The notes: generated by a model from the letters alone, not told the origin. A DNA stretch of 64,000 bases from Octopus bimaculoides (GCF_001194135.2 NC_068994.1:53352318-53416317); one strand, 5' to 3'; shown: positions 12,404 through 25,195, numbered from the stretch's first letter. Program-made: numbers and translations.

Positions 12404-13698
12404 GTAAGTATTTTAATTTCAGAAGCATTGCAGAAATGTAGTTAGATGTGAAGGGTTATTGAAATGGAAATAATGGAGTTAGTGATGAACATATTGGAAT
12501 CGGGGAATTGGTGGGAGAAAGCATGTTTGTGGCTAAATAGTGCTTCGAACGCCCACAAACGATACAATTTTACTGTTTTTCCTTCTCAATAGTTTACATA
12601 ATCAACCTTACAACATTTCAGTGTGTACAATTGTTTTGTACACCCCCGGTCTTTTTCTCTCTCACGTGTGTGTGTGTGTGTGTGTGTGTGACTGAAGGTT
12701 CGAGCCCAGGGTGAAGTCAAAAAAAGCTTTGCTCTTCTTTCCTTATAATCTTACACAGTATGTTGCTCTTCAGCTGATATGTGTGTATATATATATATAT
12801 GTATATATGTATACATAGGTGTGTGTATATATACATGCGTATTTATATCTGCGCGTGTGTGTGTATATATATATATATGTGTGTGTTTGGAGAGAGAGAA
12901 GAAGGGAGAGGGAGGTGCACATGCATGTTGCCGTACTTGCATGTCTGCATATTAATCATATCATAACCTACCACATTCCTGAAGTTAGAATGTAATGCAG
13001 ACTGGATAAGTGATGACTGAAACTATTTAAAGATTGACAAGATAAATATGTAAACCAGGAAAAGTCGTTTAAATGAATGACCGACATTTATCAACTTGCT
13101 CAGACATTTGTCTACACCATAATTACTAGCAGCCGACTTGGGTGTTTGCTTTTGAAATAAACGAAGATCTAGGAAGCAAATCAGAGAGAGAGAGTGAAGG
13201 ATGAAGTTAAAGAGATCGAAAGAATGAGGGCAAAGCAGTTCTCAGAAACAGAAATCCATAATTATGAATAGAAATAGCGACTAATATCGATCTGGTCGGA
13301 GAAAATCCATGACTGCTTGAGCCAAAGAGTGATTTCCACTATAATTATATTGATTTCTGACATAGATATAAGGCCAAAAATGTTGGGAGAGGAACAACCG
13401 ATTATATATCCCCAAGTACATGACTGATATTTTATTGGCAACACAAAATTAATGGCAAAGTTGAACCAGATGGTCTTTGAACTCAGAAAGTATAGATCCG
13501 TAAATGTTATCGACACGACAACGGTTTTTAGAAAAAACACCGTCCGTCCCGTCTTCCATTGTTGTGATTTCATTGTTAGAAAACAAATAAACAATGATAT
13601 TTCATTCAGCAGTACAAGTTTACATCTTGGGGAGAAATAGACTCACGAAAGCACATCAGCCTCCTTCTGTCACACTGTGACTCTCTCGTTTTCTCTCT

Positions 13699-13730
<32 letters not shown>

Positions 13731-13740
13731 NNNNNNNNNN

Positions 13741-13774
<34 letters not shown>

Positions 13775-14404
13775 CCCCTCTCCCCCTTTCTCTTTATCTC
13801 TCACTTTTCTTTCTTTCTCACCCTTCTCGATATGTGTGTATGTGGCTCTGAATAGGTTATCTCGACCTGGTACTCGACTCTGCACGTTCTTACAGATAGC
13901 AGAAACAGTTGCAACCTAATGAATAGGATTATGTAAAATCTCTTTTCTCGTGCATTTATTTAATCAATATAAAGCTCTGTACTGACTGCTAGTTTACTGA
14001 AGAGTATACGTGTATGGGATTCTAATAACTTGTGAGTGTAGCTTGGGCAAAGCAGAAACATGACATGCGTGTATGTGTGTGCTTCTGCTTGCACTGTATT
14101 TCGTTTCGGATATCACCGCATCAAAGAATAGATATTTTCTTTTCAAACTTCTAGCACACAATGACCCCCGTTATATATATCCGATCGGTTATCTCTGATG
14201 AATATATTGTTTTGTTTGTCTTTGTCTTGTTTGTTTGTTTTTTTCCATCGTATAGAAGATTAATTATTTTCAAATCCGTCCAGTCATTTCGTCTCTTAAA
14301 AAGCTAAGTTTATAATGTCGTTTAGGAATATACTTACATTAAACTTACACCAGTAGTGCTTTCTGATATACGTGAGCTTTTTTCTGATTTATGAAGCATT
14401 TTAG

Positions 14405-14600
14405 CTTTTATTCGTTTCAGTCATTAGTCTGCGGCCATGCTGGGGCACCGCCTTGAAGAATTTGGATGGACCCCAGACATTGTAATTTCTTAAAGCTTGG
14501 TACTTGTTCTATCGGTCGCTTTTTCTGAACCGCTATGTTCAGGGGACGTAAACATACCAACACCGGTTGTCAAGCGGTAGTGGTGAACACAGTCACACTC
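14405..14600 (-). mobile_element. Family A SINE 3' tail fragment
   Basis: tttcagtcattagtctgcggccatgctggggcaccgcc...aaccgctatgttcaggggacgtaaacataccaacaccggttgtcaagcgg. Confidence 0.8.
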
Positions 14601-14780
14601 ACGCAAACACACACATATGTATACATACATACATACATATATACCACAACATTCAATACCATGCAAGTTGTCTCAAGAACCTAGCTGGTCGAACGCCGCT
14701 CGTTGAACTAAGGCTCTGTGACGAGCCTGTGGCACTTTAAGTTGGTTAGGGTCGAATCCAACTGTTTAAATAATAATAAT

Positions 14781-14955
14781 AATGGTCTCAAATTTTGGCA
14801 CACGGGCAGCAATTTAACTGGTACTTATTTAATCGACCCCGAAAGGATGAAAGGTAAAGTCGACCTCGGCGGAATTTGAACTCAGAACGTAGTGGCAGAC
14901 GAAATACCGCTCAGCATTTCGCTTGGTGTGGTAACGATTCTGCCACCTCCCCGCC
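14781..14955 (-). mobile_element. Family B tRNA-derived SINE with internal deletion and (TAA)n tail
   Basis: atcgaccccgaaaggatgaaaggtaaagtcgacctcggcggaatttgaactcagaacg...gattctgccacctccccgcc. The minus-strand head is GGCGGGGAGGTGGCAGAATCG. Confidence 0.85.
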
Positions 14956-15029
14956 TTAATAACAATTAGAAGAAAAATTATATATGCAAGTATGTATATA
15001 TATGCGCACGTATGTATGTATATGTGTAC

Positions 15030-15075
<46 letters not shown>

Positions 15076-15307
15076 GTTTGTGTATATATATGCGTGTGTG
15101 TGTATGTATATGTGTATGTATATGTGTGTGTATGTATATATACATATATATAAGGAAAATACAATATATACCTGCTAACATGGAGGCCTAATACGGATCC
15201 TTAACTCTAGCCTCAGCAGTGAACTTGGAACCAAACGGATGACCAATTATAGCACTTACTCAGCGTACCTATTCGTTTAGATCACCAGTGAACTAAACCC
15301 CTCATAT

Positions 15308-15347
<40 letters not shown>

Positions 15348-15679
15348 CATGAATTATTTTATTGTACATCGTCAGAAAGCCAGCAAGTGACCAAATGTTA
15401 ATTGGAGGGGAGGATATATTTCAACAACATATTGTATTTGTGAGATGAGTGAGACACAGATCTTCTTCATCCAGTTATATCGTATATCATGATTGTTGAA
15501 TCTACGATATTGTTTATCTGTAATACTTCTGAGCAGACATTTGCATCGATCTAGTTCAGCTGTCTTGATGTACATAGATTTAGGAAGGCATAAGTCAGGC
15601 TGACGCATTAATAATAGTAAACATCATGAAGCTCTGTGTCGTGTCAATGTATATATCTATGTTTGTGCCTATATATGTG

Positions 15680-15724
<45 letters not shown>

Positions 15725-16547
15725 GAGAGAGAGATTAATATATATATATATATATGTATTTATACAGACATATAAATGTGTGTGTGTATAATATACATAT
15801 GTGGGTTTGTGTGTGTATTGTGCATGTGTTTCCGCGTGATGATAGCTACTGAGAATGGAGATGTTTAACACAGCTGTGTTCATTTTAAGTTAAATCCCGT
15901 GTTAGTTTTATCAGCGTTTTTGTATTTGGATTGAGGGAAATCCACTATCATACAGAATAGTCTCTTGTAGAATGGTTTATATGTACTGCAGATCGGTATG
16001 CACACGCACGTGCTTGTCTAGGCATGCCTGAGTAGATATACATATATGTGAGTATTAGGAATATCTATCTACCTATCTATCATATATATATATATATAAT
16101 TAATAATAGTGTGCATATGTATATAATTATATCAAGGGAGCAAGAGCGAAAACGACCTATCTCCAGCATGCTTAAAGTGCAGATACCATCAAATAACTTT
16201 GCCCGTGTAGTGTAGTGTATTGACGAAGGAAGAAAGCTTATTTTCTGCTTTCATCCAGAAATTGGAACCAATTTACAACCAACGTGAAGTCTTAATATTC
16301 TTTCATTAGCCCGCTTTCAGCAATGTGTATATCTATCTGGAGTTTTTGATAGTTTTTTGAAGGTATCGACACTACAAGCACGTTTTCACCCTTGTTCCTT
16401 TAATGTAATTATATACATATGTATACTATTATTAATTTAACGTATAAATTGCCAATACATTTTGATAGTATGCTGACTACCTGACAAAAATCATTAACTT
16501 GATTTTTATCCTTATATCCTATTATGAATTAATATATATATATTAAG

Positions 16548-16598
<51 letters not shown>

Positions 16599-17194
16599 NN
16601 NNNNNNNNNNNNNNNNNNNNNNNNNNNNNNNNNNNNNNNNNNNNNNNNNNNNNNNNNNNNNNNNNNNNNNNNNNNNNNNNNNNNNNNNNNNNNNNNNNNN
16701 NNNNNNNNNNNNNNNNNNNNNNNNNNNNNNNNNNNNNNNNNNNNNNNNNNNNNNNNNNNNNNNNNNNNNNNNNNNNNNNNNNNNNNNNNNNNNNNNNNNN
16801 NNNNNNNNNNNNNNNNNNNNNNNNNNNNNNNNNNNNNNNNNNNNNNNNNNNNNNNNNNNNNNNNNNNNNNNNNNNNNNNNNNNNNNNNNNNNNNNNNNNN
16901 NNNNNNNNNNNNNNNNNNNNNNNNNNNNNNNNNNNNNNNNNNNNNNNNNNNNNNNNNNNNNNNNNNNNNNNNNNNNNNNNNNNNNNNNNNNNNNNNNNNN
17001 NNNNNNNNNNNNNNNNNNNNNNNNNNNNNNNNNNNNNNNNNNNNNNNNNNNNNNNNNNNNNNNNNNNNNNNNNNNNNNNNNNNNNNNNNNNNNNNNNNNN
17101 NNNNNNNNNNNNNNNNNNNNNNNNNNNNNNNNNNNNNNNNNNNNNNNNATATATATATATATATATATATATGTACATATATAAGCATAAATAC

Positions 17195-17225
<31 letters not shown>

Positions 17226-17331
17226 GGCATATACATATATACTTATATACATATACACATATAAATATACATATATATACACATATATAAATATACATAT
17301 ATACACACACATATATATATACATATATTGT

Positions 17332-17460
17332 AGGGAAGAAAGATGGTTTAACGTTTCGAGTAACACTCTTCTTCAGAAACTGAGAAAAGTCCAATAGAAA
17401 GGAAGACGGAGGAAGGGAATGGGCGAAGAAAAAGTTCTCTCTAAGACAGGAGAGTGTAAA
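17332..17460 (-). mobile_element. Short non-autonomous element, probably Penelope-like (pLTR remnant), adjacent to (TA)n
   Basis: It carries the hammerhead-like motif below and a pyrimidine-rich minus-strand upstream segment. The Penelope assignment is inferred from the ribozyme architecture, and no RT or GIY-YIG ORF is seen. Confidence 0.5.
17346..17380 (-). ncRNA. Minimal type-I hammerhead ribozyme-like motif
   Basis: Minus strand GUUU-CUGAAGA-A-GAGU-GUU-ACUC-GAAAC-GUU^AAAC. It has the intact core CUGANGA/GAAA, a 4-bp stem II, a 4-bp stem I (GUUU/AAAC), a palindromic ACGU helix III and an NUH triplet. Confidence 0.65.
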
Positions 17461-17627
17461 AGGAGTTATATGCGTGTATTTGTGGGTATGTGCGTGCGCG
17501 CAAGTCTCTGTGTGTGTGTGTTTGTAATAACACGTGTGTGTGCGTATGTATTGTGTGTGATGTTTGTGTGATTTTGGCTGTTTATATATGTATGTGTGAG
17601 TGAACTTTGTGTCTCTTAATGTTGTAG

Positions 17628-17739
17628 GAAGAATTCAGCCGCATGGAAACAGGATTGGCGGTGGTCTGTGGAGTTGTGTGTCTCTTCACCTGTGTGTAGA
17701 GGAATGGTCAGTAGAAAGGTGTTTGACTGGAAGTTTGAA
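17628..17739 (+). other. Candidate exon (112 nt, phase 2-0), in frame with 12266-12403
   Basis: tgtctcttaatgttgtag|G AAG AAT...TTT GAA|gtatgt gives [37 protein letters not shown]. The donor may simply be the start of a (TG)n tract. Confidence 0.2.
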
Positions 17740-18094
17740 GTATGTGTGTACGTGTATATGTGTGTAGCGTGTGTATGTGTGTGGGGTTGTGCGTGTGGAG
17801 TAGATGTGCGTTCTTTTGTGTGTGCGTGCGTATGTATGCGTGTATGTGCGTGTGCGTGTATGCCCATGTATGTGTAATTGTGTGCGTGTATGTATGAGTG
17901 TGTGCGTGCGTGCAGTGATGTGTGTGCACTGATGTGTATGTGTGTGCACTGATGTGTATGCGCGTCCGTATACGTGCATCGATGCGTGTGCGCGTGCGTG
18001 CGTTTGTGTATATGAGCGTGTGTGTATATGAGTGTGTGTGAGGTTGTGTTATGTGGAGGCATATGTGCATATCTGTGTGCGTGTGCGTGTGTAT

Positions 18095-18128
<34 letters not shown>

Positions 18129-18138
18129 NNNNNNNNNN

Positions 18139-18175
<37 letters not shown>

Positions 18176-18484
18176 GTAGCTCTGTTATCATCTTAATCTT
18201 GTTAGGTGTATAAATTGTATGCTTTTTTTCTTTTGTCTTTATCTTTCATATTTGTTTTTCCTTATTAAGCCTACTTCAGTCTTAGTCGTATTTATTAGGC
18301 AACAACAAGGTTTTCCTTCTGATGTCTGTTTTGCGATCTTTTAATGATCTTAACGATTCTCTTTTAGCTTCACATTCTATTGTTATCCATCGTTATTTTC
18401 AGGTTGTAAACATAGCGTCTTCATTGATAACGTTATGAGTTTTCATATTTGCTTATAACCCCCTTCCCCACCGAACATACACAT

Positions 18485-18522
<38 letters not shown>

Positions 18523-18621
18523 CGAGAGAGAGAGAGAGAGACGCACACATATATATATACGCATATGCAAGCATATATATGTATACGCATATAGAAGCAT
18601 ATGAATGTATATATATATATA

Positions 18622-18689
<68 letters not shown>

Positions 18690-18694
<5 letters not shown>

Positions 18695-18960
18695 TTACAT
18701 ATACTTATATATACATTTGTATATATATATACTTATATATGCTTTTATATACATATATATATACTTACATATACTTATATATAGATTTATATTTATATGT
18801 ATATACTTACATATACTTATATATACATTTATATATATATATATATACTTACATATACTTATAGATACAATTATATATATTTATAAATTTACATATACTT
18901 ATATATACAATTATATATATATCTACTTACATAAACTTATATATACATTTATTTATTTAT
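18690..18960. repeat. AT-rich minisatellite, about 40-bp period, embedded in (TA)n
   Basis: The unit core (tac)ttacatatacttata(t/g)atac recurs at about 18692, 18762, 18803, 18845, 18888 and 18923. Confidence 0.7.
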
Positions 18961-19504
18961 ATATATATATATATNNNNNNNNNNNNNNNNNNNNNNNNNN
19001 NNNATATCAAACAACAGATTATTATGTTAATCGCTATCTACTTGATACGACCATTCATATATAGATATAAAAATATATTAGTATACTAACGTGTGACTGT
19101 GTACTAATGCTTATCTATGTGAGTATGAAAAAGTACGTCGATGTGTGTGTATTCTTATTTCATTATATTATTTTTGCGAACTTACTTTCACATCAGCAAT
19201 CCAAGAGATATTGTTAATACCCGAATCATAGCCCCTTATATATTTACTCTCGTTTATCTGTTTCCTTTGTTCTTCGCAAATTATCGAAAACTCTTTTGAA
19301 TCTTGTCTTGATGATCGTTAACGTAGCAATAACGGTTTCACTAATAATGAGTGAAATCACCATGCAGAAGGAAGAAGCGTAAAGTATGTAGCCAGCTCTA
19401 TGCCTTGTATACCGTACAGAGACCCATTTGTGTGTGTGTGTGCGTGAGAGAGAGACGAACGGACGGACGGACGGACGGACGGACTAGACAGAGGAGGAAA
19501 AGTA

Positions 19505-19900
19505 CAGCAAATGTATATAATGTTTTGTTTATTTCAGTCGTTCGACTGTGACCATGCTAGAACACTTTGTAGGGTCGGTCGAAAATGTCGACTTCGGTAC
19601 GAAGTTTGGCACTTATTTTATCGGCGCAAGTAAGCGAACCGACGTAGGTTGTCAAGCCCTAGAGAGACAAGGACAAAGGCAGTCACACTCAAATATACAC
19701 ACACAGATAGCGAGATATATATAGAGAGAAAAAGATGCAATATACGAAGGGCTTCCGCGCATATTTCGTCTACCAAATTCATTCACAAAGCATTAATAGG
19801 TTTGGTGCTATAGTAAAAGAAATTACCCAAGGTGCCATGCGCTATGACTAAACCCGAAACCACATGGTCACGAACCGAACTTCTTAACCTTACAGCATTT
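19505..19900 (-). mobile_element. Family A SINE, diverged full-length copy
   Basis: Tail reverse complement tttcagtcgttcgactgtgaccatgctag. Head reverse complement cgtctaccaaattcattcacaaagc...cccaaggtgccatgcgc...aacccgaaaccacatgg. Confidence 0.75.
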
Positions 19901-19989
19901 CTAGATATTTCTTAGAAATCTTATTGATTTTTTTTTTTAAACCATTATTATTAGCGATATAATTATCATATTATTTCCTCGGGATCTAT

Positions 19990-20490
19990 AAAATTCCCAT
20001 CAAATACTGGCAGCAATCGATGTTATCGACTAATCCATTCCCCTAAAAATTACTGACCTTGTGCCTAGCAGAATCGTTACCGTACACTAACGATTCTGCT
20101 TTACGTTCCAGCTTTAAACTCTGAGATCAAATTCCGCCAAGATCGACTTTGTCTTTCACCCTTTTGGAGTCCATGAAATAAGTACCAGATAAGTACTGGG
20201 GTCGATGTAATCGACAACACACCTACTCCCAATTGTCATGCCTTGTCTGTAATAGATAGGATTATTGACGATCTGACAGAATCGTTAGCATTTCAGGGCA
20301 ACACGTTTAACGGCATTTCGTCTGTCTCAATGTTCTGAGTTCAAATTCGCCGAGGTCATCTTTGACTTTCATCCCTTTCGGGTCGATAAATTAAGTGCAA
20401 GTTGATCACTAGGATCGATATAATCGACTTACCCCCTGCGCCGAACTAGCTGATCTTGTACCAAAATTTGAAACCATTATTATTATTATA
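19990..20490 (+). mobile_element. Head-to-tail stack of family B SINEs (two copies plus a tail fragment)
   Basis: cagaatcgtta...caaattccgccaagatcgactttg...ggggtcgatgtaatcgac at about 20065-20210 and again at about 20272-20465, ending in caaaatttgaaaccattattatt. Confidence 0.8.
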
Positions 20491-21298
20491 ATTGTTAACG
20501 CTACCACTACTACTATTGATGACGAAAGCAATGATCATGATGGTTACTGTGGAGCCACTTGTCGGTTCCCAGGTTTCCAGGAATCCGTACAGCAGAGATG
20601 ATAAGTGAACAAACATAGGAAAAATACGTGTTCTACTTGGAGACTACTTGTGTGTCAGTTAGCAAAATCATATTTCATTTCCTGTGCAACCAGTGAAATA
20701 TTCGTATTCATTAAATAATACTAAACGCCCAAACAAACCGCCTCTCTTCACACTCAGCTACCACACATCTCAACACTTCTTCACTACATTGGTTCAATAT
20801 GTCAACTTGTTTGTTAGGCAGACAAATTGGTGTTATAAACCAACCCACCCCGCTACATACCACTTCTCAAACTCAACACCTCCTCCATATTCTCCCATAA
20901 TTCGTTTTCTTTCATTCGTTTCTTCTTTCTTCTCTTCACCCACTTAATCTTCCTGAAAAAAAATCTTTCTCGGTACTATCCTTATCCTTCATCTTCTGTT
21001 TTTCTTCACTGTTGCTGTCATTAATTATTTACCAAAATTTCGTCTCTAAATTCCATTGTTCAGAGTTTCAAATTTCGCTGAAGTGATTTTTATGCTATAA
21101 GCCTATCTTATTTGAAGAAATCGTATATCAAAAACTAATATTGAACTAATGAGCTCTGCGATTCAACCAAACGTTTTGTTTACTTTGGCTAAAGAAGAAG
21201 ATTATTATTATTATTATTATTCATCTTATAGCAAATGTCCTAGATATAAAACATTTCTCCCCCCCCCCTCTGTCCCTATATATATATATATATATATA

Positions 21299-21480
21299 GT
21301 GAGAATTTACAAAAAAAAAGCAAAAGACGAAGACGGGTGTGTAAACAACAAACATATGTATTAGTTTAATGCTCGGGAAGTGAAAAAGTCTTTTACGTTT
21401 CGAGTCTACGCCCTTCGACAGAAAGGAACACAGAAATACAAGGAAAAGAAAATAGAAAAGGTTTAGTGGCTAGTAATACA
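21299..21480 (-). mobile_element. Second short, probably Penelope-derived element adjacent to (TA)n
   Basis: It begins right after the (TA)n tract ending at 21298 and carries the variant hammerhead motif below. The family assignment is inference. Confidence 0.5.
21390..21425 (-). ncRNA. Variant hammerhead-like motif (core CUGUCGA, A6>U)
   Basis: Minus strand CUUU-CUGUCGA-A-GGGC-GUAG-ACUC-GAAAC-GUA^AAAG. It has the same layout as 17346-17380, with stem I CUUU/AAAG and stem II with a G.U wobble and one mismatch. Confidence 0.45.
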
Positions 21481-21876
21481 GTCACAAATCACAACGGAGA
21501 TTAGAACATATTTTTGTATGGTGATACAGTCGCAAATCTCTTCAAGATGTCCGATATAAACGTTAGCATATTGGTTGGTTGGTTGATTTCTCTAGTCAAG
21601 CTTTAAAAAGAGAAAATCAACAGAGAGAGTGAGTAAAAGCGGTTCAGGACGAATGTCTTATAACGATCAGAAACATATACATAATCTGTGACATTTTTCA
21701 GAGATATTAGAAAAATAATAACTTATTGCAAAGATACAAAAGGAAATTTGTTTAATTATGTTTTATAGTAAATATTCTTTACAAAATTAGTATTCATTTC
21801 ATCAATTATTTTAAGCTTTTAGGTATTTCATAAAAGTTAAATTATAATTACCGTTTGTTTTCCATGATTTTTTATA

Positions 21877-22292
21877 TATGGCGCTGGATTAACCATTAAG
21901 CACAATAAACACGTGCTTAGAGCATCAACGAAGAGTGTAACACCACAAAAATGGTAACACAAAAGAAATCGCTTTAGACTTCCTAAAATAATATTCAATG
22001 TGGTTTATATGATCGGAAATATAATTTCGAAGTGTTTATGATGGTCATGGTAAGGGTCTGATCAAAGAATTTGCAATTAAGAAAAAAAGTAGGAGAAAAG
22101 TTTTCAAATATAAAGTGGAAGTATACAAAAATAATTATTTTTCATCTTACTGTTGTTTTTGTTTCATTTTTAGAAATATGAATTTATTTTATGGCTTATT
22201 TTTCTTTTGATTTGAATTACATACACATGGGAGCACTAAAATCTTTTATGTGGTCAGAGCCTCTATGGATCTTAATTCGACCCTACTGCTAT
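21877..22292. mobile_element. Possible hAT-type MITE remnant
   Basis: The left end ggcgctggattaacc and the reverse complement of the right end cagtagggtcgaattaagatcc both resemble a CAGGGCCGGATTAA-type TIR. Very degenerate, with no TSD seen. Confidence 0.25.
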
Positions 22293-23245
22293 TACAAGCG
22301 ATGTCAAAAGTATAACTCCAAAGTTAGCCATCACGTGACGGATGACATTCTAGTATTGATATAAAACAGGACGTTTGAGTTGAACTAAAATTCTGATATG
22401 AAAGTACTTATCACGTGTAAAGTTCATTTTCTTTTTTTTTTCTTTTTTTCTTTGCTTTGCCATCGCTTTTAGGGTAGATTAAAATAGATACCAGTAATAT
22501 ACCAGTTGTTTAAATCGATAAAACCATCCGAAAAAGTCAGTGACCAACAGTGTGAAATGCCATGCGTCTGTTGTTTATCGTCTAAATTCAAAAGCTCGTA
22601 TGGATTGTTTTCATGGTTCGGTTAAGGGGAGGCAAGTTCTTAATTGTGTCCGACGGAGCGTGAGTACGTAAAAGAGAAAAACATGATGTTGATGTCTTGC
22701 TGAGACTAGTACCATTGATTTATGCATTGGAGAATATATCATTAACGACATACGAATATCCAGGCGCAGGCGAATATATTCTGCTCTTGTAATTTGTCAA
22801 CTTGTTAGATTCTAATATATTATAACAAAATTAATGCTCAAGGCACATCTTGGTTGCTTGTGATACTTGAAAACTATTATCAATTTACTCCTTTCTTTTT
22901 TCTCCTCACCCCCCCTCTCTCTCATACGCTTATTCTCACTTATATCTATATAAGAGATAGATAGATAAGTAAAAGAATATATTTATAGTTTTATACATAT
23001 AAGTATATATATTGAAATAGGTGTATGTATGTATATATATATATATATATATATGCGTGTGTAAAATATATATCTCTATTTCTCTTTATCTCACTCATAT
23101 AATGGATAGAACGAATGGTTTACACCTGGTAGCTTGCTGCTGAAGCACGATCACTTTGAGAGTGATCGTTAGGTAAATAACAAATGAAAGACAGGCGATG
23201 GAATATACGAGAATATATTATTAATCACAACAATTGTTATCTATG

Positions 23246-23468
<223 letters not shown>

Positions 23469-24313
23469 GTGCACACATGTATCTATATATTTTAATTTTT
23501 TTGTTTTTGACTTCCTAATAAACGGTGTTTATTTTCTCTTAATATTGCTGTTTTATTTGCTGTTTTTATTATTGTTATTGTTGCTTCTACTACAATTAGA
23601 ACCACTACTACTACTACCACTACTGTAATTATCATCGTCATCATCATTGCATTATAATTATTAGAAGAAGAATGATAGTAATAATAAACAATCTTGAGTA
23701 ATATGTAATGAGTTAACTATATCCTGTTCAGATAGAGATTCCGTGAGTATGTCATATTTATCATATTGTAATAAAAAGGATCTCCCTAGTTCAATATCTA
23801 ACACTGACAATAGATGGAATGTGAACCTTTCGGACGGAGAATCATAAGTTTAACCAGTTACATAATTGTAGAAACAGTCTTACGTAAAATGGCGGCAAAC
23901 TAAACTGCAGCTTATATCTTAAGGATGTTTTCATTTCCAGTCTTAACATATTAAATACAAGATGATTTATGTTCTATACACTTAGAAAAAGATTCAAAAC
24001 TTTCCCATAGAAACAATGCTGATTAATGAAACATAATAATGCAATAGTTAGGATCGGTAGACTTTTTCTTCGTCAGTATGTTTAATATAGATCAGTATAC
24101 ACAGCCATATAGTTTTTAATCATTTTGATTGCTGTAATTTCCTAATTATTACTTCTTAATTACTTTTTAATTACTTATAACTATATATAGTATTTTCTTG
24201 ATTTTTATTAGTTTAATTTTTTTTTGAAATAATTTATAACTATAATTTGGTAATTATCTTTGAAAATTTAATTCTATTTTAAATAGAATTTAAAATTTTT
24301 TAAACTTTTAATG

Positions 24314-24361
<48 letters not shown>

Positions 24362-24753
24362 TACGTAGGATTAGCTTACGATATAATTCATAATCTAATT
24401 AAATGACAAGAATCAATTAGAGTAAGTAGCCTCTGATTTAATTTAGTCTCCTTATTTAGAACTTTATTTTATATTTTACAATTGCTTTATCTGATCTATT
24501 TTACCTTCATTTGGAATATAATTATTCATAAGAAATTACAGTTTTCTAACTTGAAATATTCTCCCTAATGAATGCCATCTTTAATATTTTTCCTTTACAA
24601 TTCTCATTTATCCAGCCTGTGTTACTCTATTCACTCTCTTCTTATATAGATGTTCATGTGTGTATGTGTATATATATATGTGTGTGTGTGTGTTTAAGTA
24701 TATTTATGTATTATATATATTTATTTATATATATGTAGATGTATATATATAAG

Positions 24754-24813
<60 letters not shown>

Positions 24814-24952
24814 TATATATGCATCTAAATACACATATATGTATTACGTATGTGTATATATACATATATATGTATATGTGCGTAAGTATATTTATTTATG
24901 TATGTATATATATGTATATGCATGCATATATGTTTATATATGTATGTATATA

Positions 24953-24984
<32 letters not shown>

Positions 24985-25109
24985 GAGAGAGAAAGAGAGA
25001 GACAGACAGACAGACTTTTATTATCGTACGTTTTACTAGTCGAACTTAAGATCTATTAGCATGCTAGATCACTGACTATGTAGTATTTGTATAAATATAT
25101 ATATATATA

Positions 25110-25195
25110 TATATTCTTTTATTCGTTTCAGTCATTTGACTGCGACCATGCTGGAGCACTGTCTTTAGTCGAACAAATCGACCCTAGGACTTATT
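25110..25195 (-). mobile_element. Family A SINE extreme 3' tail fragment
   Basis: ttctttattcgtttcagtcatttgactgcgaccatgctggagcactgtctttagtcgaacaaatcgaccctaggacttatt. Confidence 0.8.

Noticed and set aside
13262-13640. 110-aa hydrophobic minus ORF and overlapping frames
   Set aside because: No recognisable motif and no convincing splice pair. The composition fits AT-rich non-coding DNA.
11453-17394. Long ORFs of 170-284 aa (also 32913-33609, 53114-53432, 60773-61785, 63431-63900)
   Set aside because: They span N-gaps and (TA)n tracts and are artefacts of X codons.
17616-18191. His/Thr-rich and Cys/Val/Tyr/Ile-rich ORFs throughout the window
   Set aside because: They are translations of (CA)n/(TG)n/(TA)n microsatellites with no domain structure.
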